Virus record (IMG/VR): IMGVR_UViG_3300027780_000050
Coordinates: 1-29,182 of that record
Reading direction: 5' to 3' (one strand)
Source of the DNA: a virus
Taxonomy: Duplodnaviria > Caudoviricetes
Length of the DNA: 29,182 bases
Below, piece by piece: positions 17,804 through 25,309 of this stretch. The position numbers were made by a program, and so were the translations under genes. Below the pieces are notes generated by a model. It saw nothing but the letters and a program-made list of their open reading frames with translations, was not told the origin of the DNA and did no database searches. Every line of letters starts with the position of its first letter. Positions within the stretch are counted from its first letter, which is position 1.

Positions 17804-18478
17804 ATGAAACTAAGTAACTATACAACTTCTGTATTGAAGAACTTTTCGACTATTAATCAAAATTTAGTGATTAAGGAAGGAAACACAATAACAACAATGT
17901 CTGCAATGAAAAACATTGTTGCTAAAGCTGAAGTGGAAGAAACATTTCCACAACAGATTGCAATCTATGACTTGAATGAATTCCTAGGAGCATTGTCTTT
18001 ATTTACAAGCCCTGTTTTAGATTTCAGTGATAACTATGTTATGATTAGTGAAGAAAACAAACCTACAACCAAGATGAAGTATTTTTACTCTGACCCATCT
18101 GTTGTAACTAGTCCTAACAAAATGATTACTATGCCTTCTAATGAAGTGAAGTTTACTATGAGTAGTGAAGATTTATCTAGACTAAAGCGTGCAGCTGGTG
18201 CAATTGGTGCCCCTGATATGGTTTTAGAAAAAAATAGTTCTGGTTCATCACTTACTGTAAAAGACAAAAAGAATGATACTGCTAATAATTATTCTCTTGA
18301 TGTTGATACTACAAGTGATGGTGAGTTTAACTTCTACTTTAAAGTAGAAAATATGAAACTTCTTGATGGTAACTATGATGTAGAGATTTCATCTAAAAAT
18401 ATTAGTCACTATACAAATAAAAGTACTGACATAGAATATTGGATTGCACTTGAACCCGAATCAACTTACACTGTTTAA
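17804..18478 (+). CDS. gp45: Sliding clamp gp45
   Basis: MKLS..T..VLKNFSTINQ, IYDLNEFL, YWIALE. Confidence 0.95.
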   Translation: MKLSNYTTSVLKNFSTINQNLVIKEGNTITTMSAMKNIVAKAEVEETFPQQIAIYDLNEFLGALSLFTSPVLDFSDNYVMISEENKPTTKMKYFYSDPSVVTSPNKMITMPSNEVKFTMSSEDLSRLKRAAGAIGAPDMVLEKNSSGSSLTVKDKKNDTANNYSLDVDTTSDGEFNFYFKVENMKLLDGNYDVEISSKNISHYTNKSTDIEYWIALEPESTYTV

Positions 18479-18495
18479 TTTAGGCACACTATATA

Positions 18496-19431
18496 ATGGA
18501 AAAATATTTATGGGTGGAACAATATCGCCCGAAACGAATCAGCGAATGTATTCTACCAGATGATTTAAAAGACACATTTTCTGAGTTCGTTAATAATAAA
18601 CATATACCAAATCTAATTTTATCAGGTGGGCCTGGCGTAGGTAAAACTACTGTCGCTAAGGCTATGCTTGATGAAATTGGTGCGACCTATATGATGATTA
18701 ATGGTTCAGAAGAATCTGGTATTGATGTCCTGAGAACAAAAATCAAAAACTTTGCTTCTACTGTATCTCTTGAAGGTGGAAGAAAATATCTCATTATAGA
18801 TGAGGCAGACTATCTTAACGCACAATCTACTCAACCAGCTCTGCGTGGTTTCATGGAAGAATTTCACAAGAACTGTGGATTTATTCTTACTTGTAATTAT
18901 AAGAACCGATTGATACCACCATTACATTCTCGTTGTAGTGTTATTGATTTTATAATTCCAAATGACCAGAAACCTAAACTTGCAAGAGATTTCTTTGGTA
19001 GAGCAAAGGATATTCTGAATAAAGAAAATGTAGAGTTTGAACCTAAACCTGTTGCAGAACTTATGAACAAGTTCTTCCCAGACTGGCGTAGAGTGTTAAA
19101 TGAATTACAAAGGTATTCTTCATCAGGTAAAATTGATGCAGGAGTGTTGGTAAATTTATCTGAATCTAATATCAACGATTTAATGACATCTCTGAAAAAT
19201 AAAGAGTTTACTAGTGTTCGTAAATGGATTGTACAAAATTTAGACAATGATCCTGTGCGTGTATACAGACGTATTTACGATAGTTTATATTCTAATTTGG
19301 ACGCTAGTACTATTCCTCATGCTGTTGTTATCATTGCTGATTATCAATACAAGGCTGCATTTGTATCTGACCAAGAGATTAATCTGCTTGCTTGCATGAC
19401 AGAATTGATGGGTCAGGTGAAGTTTAAATGA
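18496..19431 (+). CDS. gp44: Clamp loader large subunit gp44
   Basis: LWVEQYRP, GPGVGKTT, IIDEAD, PLHSRC, FPDWRR. Confidence 0.96.
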   Translation: MEKYLWVEQYRPKRISECILPDDLKDTFSEFVNNKHIPNLILSGGPGVGKTTVAKAMLDEIGATYMMINGSEESGIDVLRTKIKNFASTVSLEGGRKYLIIDEADYLNAQSTQPALRGFMEEFHKNCGFILTCNYKNRLIPPLHSRCSVIDFIIPNDQKPKLARDFFGRAKDILNKENVEFEPKPVAELMNKFFPDWRRVLNELQRYSSSGKIDAGVLVNLSESNINDLMTSLKNKEFTSVRKWIVQNLDNDPVRVYRRIYDSLYSNLDASTIPHAVVIIADYQYKAAFVSDQEINLLACMTELMGQVKFK

Positions 19432-19826
19432 CCTATGAACTGAAAGATTACCTTAAAGAAATTAACACAGATAAAAACCCTCTGATGGACACAGATGATG
19501 AAATGTGGGAAAAGAAATATCCTGCTTTTATCGTAAACAAATGTCTAGCACCATTTCCAGATACTATCCACCTAGTTAACGAAATGAATCTCCACAACCA
19601 CCTTGATAAAAAACTACAATTTGATTTTCTCCTAAATAGCCTAAGAGCAAGGAAAAGATTTACTCCTTGGCTGAAGGCGAGTAAACTAAATAATCTAGAG
19701 TATGTTAAAGAGTATTATGGTTACAACAACGAAAAAGCAAAGTCAGCTCTTAAAATACTTAATGATGAACAGATAAAGGCTATCAAGGATAGTTTGAATA
19801 AAGGTGGAAGAAATGGAAAGCATTAA
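19428..19826 (+). CDS. gp62: Clamp loader small subunit gp62
   Basis: YPAFIVNKCL, NEMN, LQFDF, VKEYYGYNNEKA; follows gp44. Confidence 0.93.
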   Translation: MTYELKDYLKEINTDKNPLMDTDDEMWEKKYPAFIVNKCLAPFPDTIHLVNEMNLHNHLDKKLQFDFLLNSLRARKRFTPWLKASKLNNLEYVKEYYGYNNEKAKSALKILNDEQIKAIKDSLNKGGRNGKH

Positions 19827-20217
19827 CTGGACACAGGGGCAGATGCTTGAGGTCGTTTTAAAAGAACCAGACGATTTTCTAAAGGTACGAGAAACTCTAT
19901 CTCGTATTGGTGTTGCTTCAAGAAAAGAAAAAATACTATATCAATCATGTCATATTCTACACAAACAGGGTAAGTACTTTATTGTACACTTTAAAGAACT
20001 GTTTGCATTAGATGGTAAACAAACTAACTTATCAGAAAATGATATTGCAAGACGCAACACAATCTCAAAATTATTAAAAGATTGGGGATTAGTGGAGATT
20101 CAGGCAGAACTAGAACCTATTGCTCCTCTTAGTCAGATTAAAATTATTTCATTCAAAGAAAAAGATGAATGGGCTCTTGAAACTAAATATAACATAGGCA
20201 AAAAGAGAGAAATTTAA
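19813..20217 (+). CDS. regA: Translational repressor RegA
   Basis: PDDFLKVRETLSRIGVAS, LYQSCHILHKQGKYFIVHFKELFALDG; ATG 19813 preferred over GTG 19804. Confidence 0.96.
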   Translation: MESINWTQGQMLEVVLKEPDDFLKVRETLSRIGVASRKEKILYQSCHILHKQGKYFIVHFKELFALDGKQTNLSENDIARRNTISKLLKDWGLVEIQAELEPIAPLSQIKIISFKEKDEWALETKYNIGKKREI

Positions 20218-20219
20218 TT

Positions 20220-21209
20220 TTGGAACAATTCAAATCATTTATTACAGAAGAAGAAAAAGAGCAATCATATCGTTTTGTCATTATCTATAATGACCCAGAA
20301 AATATGACTGATGATTCTAAAGCAGAAGCTGAAGAAATGGCAGATGATATGATAAAGTTTGGTAATGAGCTTGGACTTAAAGGTTTTTCATGTAGAATTG
20401 AAGATGCATACATATCTCACAAAAATGACAAAATGTATATACATGATATTGACGATAAAGAATTTTTGATAGATGAAAATACTTTAGTATTCAACAGGTC
20501 TAAATCAAATGATTTTGCAAACTGGCAAGGTCTGATGTACGAACTAGAAATATCAGGTGTTAATGTAATAAATTCACTTGATGTTCACTTACTCTGTGCT
20601 GATAAATGGAAAACATATATTAAATTAAAAAATATTGGAGTTAAACAACCCAATTCTTTATTAGTTAATAATACAGATAAAGTAGATGGTGTGTTTAAAA
20701 GACTGAAAACAAAATTTCCAATTATTCTAAAAACACAACTAGGCACAGGTGGTATCGGAGTTGTAAAGATCGAGGATGAGACACAGTTACTTGCAACCTC
20801 ACAACTTATTCACAGGTTGGGTCAAGAAAGGGGTATGTTGATACAAGAGTTTATTGAACTTGATTATGATATCAGAGTAATTGTTATTGCTGGTAAAATA
20901 CATGGTGCAATGAAACGACCAACTCCAAAAGGTGATTTTAGGAGCAATGTTCATCAGGGATCTGAACCAGAAAAAATTGAATTAACTAAACTTGAAGAAG
21001 ATGAAATATATAAAACAATGAAGGCATTAACGCCTAGAGGTGGTTGGGTTGGTGTTGATTTAATACCAGCGAAAGATAGAGAAAAAGAACGACCTTATTG
21101 TTTAGAAGTTAATTCTCAGCCGGGCACAGTGGGCTACAACAGTGTAATAAAAGGGAACATTCTTAAGGATGTACTTAAAACATATATGAATAGAGATAAT
21201 TGGGAATAA
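20220..21209 (+). CDS. RimK-like ATP-grasp ligase
   Basis: DKW, FPIILKT..GTGGIGV, LIQEFI..YDIRV, DFRSNVHQG, GVDLI, LEVNSQPG; TTG start. Confidence 0.87.
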   Translation: MEQFKSFITEEEKEQSYRFVIIYNDPENMTDDSKAEAEEMADDMIKFGNELGLKGFSCRIEDAYISHKNDKMYIHDIDDKEFLIDENTLVFNRSKSNDFANWQGLMYELEISGVNVINSLDVHLLCADKWKTYIKLKNIGVKQPNSLLVNNTDKVDGVFKRLKTKFPIILKTQLGTGGIGVVKIEDETQLLATSQLIHRLGQERGMLIQEFIELDYDIRVIVIAGKIHGAMKRPTPKGDFRSNVHQGSEPEKIELTKLEEDEIYKTMKALTPRGGWVGVDLIPAKDREKERPYCLEVNSQPGTVGYNSVIKGNILKDVLKTYMNRDNWE

Positions 21210-21210
21210 T

Positions 21211-21450
21211 ATGAATAAATTTATAGTTGATGCATTAAGAAAAAAATATGAATATCAAATTGCTTTATCTAAAGCAAATATACAAAATTATAACGATGGC
21301 GAAACCCCCGCAAGTGGTAAGTACAACTACAGTAGTGCCGTAGATGCAGTTGGTTCTGAAGTTGAAAAACTAAGTACCGCAAAAGACAACCTCAAAACTC
21401 TAAATTCAGAGTATCCAACAGATAAAAAACCTCAAATTCTTTCAGAATAA
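21211..21450 (+). CDS. Small hypothetical coiled-coil protein
   Basis: 79-aa ORF starting directly after the RimK-like stop; helical composition. Confidence 0.65.
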   Translation: MNKFIVDALRKKYEYQIALSKANIQNYNDGETPASGKYNYSSAVDAVGSEVEKLSTAKDNLKTLNSEYPTDKKPQILSE

Positions 21451-21453
21451 CTA

Positions 21454-21482
21454 TTGACATTCCAACAATAGCTTGTTATAAT
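21454..21482 (+). promoter_or_regulatory. Perfect sigma70 promoter driving the modification operon
   Basis: TTGACA-17 bp-TATAAT with TGn extended -10. Confidence 0.88.
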
Positions 21483-21527
21483 GTAAGTAATAAATGAAAA
21501 AAATCGGAAAATTCTTACATCTAATAA

Positions 21528-22346
21528 ATGATTAAACAACTTTTAGAAAATTATGTTGAAAAGAACGCACCAGATAGTGAGATTGCCGTCTTGCTATCTG
21601 GAGGTGTTGATTCTATATCAGTAGCTTTTGCAGCTGGTAACTTGGGTAAAAAAATTCATGCATATAGTTTTCGTTTGGATACTCACACCTCTTACGATTT
21701 TGAAAAGGCCAAAGAAATTGCAAAACAATTTGATTGGAAATTTACTGAAATTATAATTCCAACTAATAATCTAGTGGAAGACTTTCACAGACTAATCAAA
21801 CTTGGTTGCAAATCTAAAACAAGTGTAGAATGCACTTATCCTTTTTTGTATGTTTATCCTCAAATATCACAGAAATATGTTATTTCAGGTTGGGCTGCAG
21901 ATGGATACTATGGCATTAGTAAAAAAGCTCAAATTAATTACAAACATACACAAGAATTATTTGATGAGTTTAGAGATAATTACTTTAAGCCCGATAAGTG
22001 TGCAAATTACATCTGGCACAAAAAAGTATCTGATACTCATAGAAAAATATTTGTTACACCATACCTTGACGATTCAGTTAAACAATTCTTTTATAGTAAG
22101 AGTTGGGATGAGTTAAACAAACCATATCAAAAACATCATGTAAGAGATGCTTTTTCTCAATTTAAATTGATAGGAAATGTGAAAAAGCACTTGAACTTAC
22201 AGATAGATTCTGGTATAATAGAATTATTCGATAAATTAATTGATAACAAAGAAATCAATTTTAAAAACAGAACGAGGATGCTGGATATTTGTCGTGATTG
22301 GAACATGCTAAATAATACATCAACCTTAGAAGGATTTATGAAATAA
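21528..22346 (+). CDS. Asparagine-synthetase-like ATP-dependent amide ligase (synthetase domain only)
   Basis: PP-loop LLSGGVDS, SGWAADGYYG (cf. SGEGADE), TPYLD; no N-terminal Ntn glutaminase domain. Confidence 0.8.
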   Translation: MIKQLLENYVEKNAPDSEIAVLLSGGVDSISVAFAAGNLGKKIHAYSFRLDTHTSYDFEKAKEIAKQFDWKFTEIIIPTNNLVEDFHRLIKLGCKSKTSVECTYPFLYVYPQISQKYVISGWAADGYYGISKKAQINYKHTQELFDEFRDNYFKPDKCANYIWHKKVSDTHRKIFVTPYLDDSVKQFFYSKSWDELNKPYQKHHVRDAFSQFKLIGNVKKHLNLQIDSGIIELFDKLIDNKEINFKNRTRMLDICRDWNMLNNTSTLEGFMK

Positions 22347-23476
22347 TGAAATATAAACCATATAATTTAAAAGACGTATATGATGCGTCTGCACAAGAAA
22401 AATTTAAAGTCATCTCCACCTTTGCAGGAGGTGGTGGCAGTTCCACAGGCTATAAACTAGCTGGTGGTAAAATACTTTGCGTAAATGAATTTGTCGAAGA
22501 AGCTCAAACCACTTATAAAGAAAACTATCCAGAAACACCTATTCTGCCTGGCGACATCAAAACCTTAAATGGAAAAGATTTTCTAGAAGCAGCTAATGTC
22601 GAAGTTGGTGAGATTGATATATTAGATGGTTCTCCACCATGTTCAGCATTTTCAATGTCGGGGGCTGTAGTTCAAGGTGGTGGTCACACTAAAGGTTTTG
22701 GTAAAACTAAAAAGTATTCTGATGGTAAGAAAGTAGAAAACATTGAAGATTTATTCTTTGAGTTTCTTAGAGTTGCTGAAGAGATTAAACCAAAAGTAAT
22801 TGTTGCAGAAAATGTGGCAGGACTTATGATGGGTGAAGCAAAACAATATTACTTTAAAATTACAAATGCATTTGAAAAGATTGGTTATGATGTATCTTCT
22901 ATGGTTCTGGACTCATCACATTATGGTGTGCCACAAACTAGAAAAAGAGTTATCTTTATTGCGGTTCGTGAAGATGTAACTGAAGCTATTGGTCTTACCT
23001 TTATGCATATTGCTAGTATATTTCCAGATAAATTTACTGATGCAATTACTTGTGGTGATGCATTTAGTGATTTAGAGTATGATGAAGAAGAAGTAAATAT
23101 GCTAACCGAAAAGTTTGCAAAAGGTTCACATTTTGAAACTGCTTCGAAGATGCCCCTTGACCCAGATAAAGTTCTAACTGGTTGTGATTATCATCCAAAG
23201 GGTCATCACTTCAACATGAAAAGAATATCTAGGCATAAACCTGCACCTACAATTACAGCATCTGGCGGCTGTATTCATTGGAGTGAGATGAGAAAACTTA
23301 CACTAAACGAATCTCAAAGGGCAATGTCTTTACCAGACGATTTTAAACTGACAGGTAAATGGGAACAAAGGTCTGAAAGAATGGGTCGCATGGTTCCACC
23401 ACTAATGATGAAGGCTGTTGCTGATGCAGTCTATGAAAATATTTTAAAACCATACAAGGAGTTACATAATGGCTGA
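22346..23476 (+). CDS. C5-cytosine DNA methyltransferase fold; predicted carboxymethyltransferase
   Basis: Motif I FAGGGG, IV GSPPC(99), VI ENV, VIII QTRKR; motif X reads GR(348)MVPP instead of GN.VPP. Confidence 0.9.
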   Translation: MKYKPYNLKDVYDASAQEKFKVISTFAGGGGSSTGYKLAGGKILCVNEFVEEAQTTYKENYPETPILPGDIKTLNGKDFLEAANVEVGEIDILDGSPPCSAFSMSGAVVQGGGHTKGFGKTKKYSDGKKVENIEDLFFEFLRVAEEIKPKVIVAENVAGLMMGEAKQYYFKITNAFEKIGYDVSSMVLDSSHYGVPQTRKRVIFIAVREDVTEAIGLTFMHIASIFPDKFTDAITCGDAFSDLEYDEEEVNMLTEKFAKGSHFETASKMPLDPDKVLTGCDYHPKGHHFNMKRISRHKPAPTITASGGCIHWSEMRKLTLNESQRAMSLPDDFKLTGKWEQRSERMGRMVPPLMMKAVADAVYENILKPYKELHNG

Positions 23477-24164
23477 TTTTACATTTGCACATAGAGAAGA
23501 GGGTTTTGACCAACACATTGAACAATCAATTCGTGGTTACAGCTACTTAATAGATGATGTAATTTCACTATCACGACATTTTGTTGAGGATAATACTAAA
23601 GTCTATGATATTGGTTGTTCTACTGGCAAAATGACACAGAGATTAATTGAAGCTAATTTTGACCACTGCACTCTTGCAAGTTGGTATGGTATTGAAATTG
23701 CTGATGGTTTTCAAAAAGAACTTCAAGAAAGAGAAAAAGCTATTCGTAAGTTTGACCCTACTGCGTCTGTATATTTTAAACAACAAGACATTCGTGAAAT
23801 AAAAATTGTTAATGCATCACTCGTAACATCTATCTTTACTTTACAGTTTATGCCTAAGAAAGATAGACAAACTGTTATTAATGGTATTTGGAATGGACTT
23901 AATGATGGTGGTGCATATATATTTGCAGAAAAAACAATCTGTGAATCAGCAAGACACCAAGATATGTTGACATTCAATTATTACGATTATAAAAGAAAGT
24001 CATTTAGTACAGACGATATTATGGATAAGGAAATTACCTTACGTCCAATGATGAAGCCTAACACATGGTTAGAAATACAAGACATGTTAACTACAGCTGG
24101 ATTTAAAGAAGTTCAACCTTTCTGGCGAAATTACATGTTTGTTGGTGTAATTGCAATTAAATAG
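23469..24164 (+). CDS. cmoA: CmoA-like carboxy-SAM synthase / class I SAM-dependent enzyme
   Basis: FTF...F..HI..SIRGY, VYDIGCSTG, DIREI.I.NAS, FTLQF, GL.DGG...AEK, YKR, AGF match the CmoA pattern over the full length. Confidence 0.82.
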   Translation: MADFTFAHREEGFDQHIEQSIRGYSYLIDDVISLSRHFVEDNTKVYDIGCSTGKMTQRLIEANFDHCTLASWYGIEIADGFQKELQEREKAIRKFDPTASVYFKQQDIREIKIVNASLVTSIFTLQFMPKKDRQTVINGIWNGLNDGGAYIFAEKTICESARHQDMLTFNYYDYKRKSFSTDDIMDKEITLRPMMKPNTWLEIQDMLTTAGFKEVQPFWRNYMFVGVIAIK

Positions 24165-24177
24165 TTATGGAGATAGT

Positions 24178-24336
24178 ATGAAAAGATTATTAAAAACAGT
24201 GCATGTCGAGCATTTTGAAGAATACGAAGGCGAGCAACGACTTATTAGAGTGGAAACTACAACGGAGAAATATTTTCCAAATGATTCAGCACCTGCCCAC
24301 CGACCAACTAAATCTACTAAAGTAGAGTATATATAG
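24178..24336 (+). CDS. Small hypothetical protein
   Basis: ATG 24178 after SD GGAG; 52 aa filling the gap in the operon. Confidence 0.6.
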   Translation: MKRLLKTVHVEHFEEYEGEQRLIRVETTTEKYFPNDSAPAHRPTKSTKVEYI

Positions 24337-24342
24337 TTTATT

Positions 24343-24891
24343 ATGGATAACTATATTAGAAAGTATGACAATGTAGTCAGTGATGAGTTTTGTGATGGTT
24401 TGATTGAAAAGTTTGAAGACCATCCAGAACAGCAAGAAAAACTATCTCAAGGCTTGATGTCTTTAACACACCTTGAAATGATGCGTCCAGATACACAAAT
24501 ATGGAATAAAGATGTTATGCATCTTGTAGATGTTTTTAAGAAGTATGTTACAGTATACAAAAACGAATGTAAAATTGAGCCAGTAATGTGGCCTGATAAA
24601 TATTTAGTTGAATCATTTAGAATGAAACGATATTTACCAAATGATACAGATCAATTTGGGCCTCATGTAGATTCAAAAGATGCAAATACTTGCAAAAGAT
24701 TTCTAGCATTCTTTTTGTATCTTGATAATAATGATGGTGGTTCAACCATGTTTCCACAAATGGACATTACATCAAAATGTAAGAAGGGTTCATTATTAGT
24801 TTTCCCACCACTGTGGCCTTGGCTACACGAGGGTAAAAAACCAATTGATAAACCAAAATATATAGTAGGGAGTTACTTAAAATATGTCTGA
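24343..24891 (+). CDS. 2OG-Fe(II) oxygenase (prolyl-4-hydroxylase-like)
   Basis: FGPHVD, RFLAFFLYL, GGST.F, GSLLVFPPLWPWLHEG, KYI. Confidence 0.87.
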   Translation: MDNYIRKYDNVVSDEFCDGLIEKFEDHPEQQEKLSQGLMSLTHLEMMRPDTQIWNKDVMHLVDVFKKYVTVYKNECKIEPVMWPDKYLVESFRMKRYLPNDTDQFGPHVDSKDANTCKRFLAFFLYLDNNDGGSTMFPQMDITSKCKKGSLLVFPPLWPWLHEGKKPIDKPKYIVGSYLKYV

Positions 24892-25309
24892 GTTATTAGA
24901 TCAGTTCGGCCAACCAATAGGTGGTAAGACTGAAAAAGAATTACCAAATACACCACTACCAAAAGTAGAGCAAATTCTGCAAGACCCAATTACAAAAAAG
25001 TTTTTGTTTCTTAATAGCAAGGAAGATCCAGATGTCACTTGTATTGGACTCACCGATGAAACTGATTATGCGGGCGTGATATACAAGTACGGACAAGTTA
25101 CTCTCCCTGATGAATCTAAAATAGTTGATGGAGAACCCTTGAGTTTACAGTTTAAGTATGATATAATAGAAAACAATGGATATCCTAAAGAAAAATTTGG
25201 AGATGATTTCTTCAAACTTATCGGAGACATTTTATTTCACATTATTATAACTCAATCAGAGGACGGCTCAATTGACGAACCAAACAATAGAACGGACAGC
25301 ACTCAGTAA
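24884..25309 (+). CDS. Hypothetical protein, possibly gp40-like head vertex assembly chaperone
   Basis: Directly upstream of and overlapping gp41, the T4 gp40 position; GVIYKYGQV, LQFKYDI, IGDIL motifs. Confidence 0.5.
   Translation: MSELLDQFGQPIGGKTEKELPNTPLPKVEQILQDPITKKFLFLNSKEDPDVTCIGLTDETDYAGVIYKYGQVTLPDESKIVDGEPLSLQFKYDIIENNGYPKEKFGDDFFKLIGDILFHIIITQSEDGSIDEPNNRTDSTQ

Noticed and set aside
21494-21530. Homopolymer frameshift extending the amide ligase N-terminus
   Set aside because: Removing one A from the A7 run still meets in-frame TAA TAA before ATG 21528
21528-22346. QueC or true asparagine synthetase
   Set aside because: Lacks the QueC C-terminal Cys zinc cluster and the AsnB glutaminase domain; no other 7-deazaguanine genes in the window
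23469-24164. tRNA cmo5U modification role
   Set aside because: No cmoB or tRNA genes in the window; coupling to an Arg-motif-X DNA transferase points to DNA, although supplying host CmoB cannot be excluded
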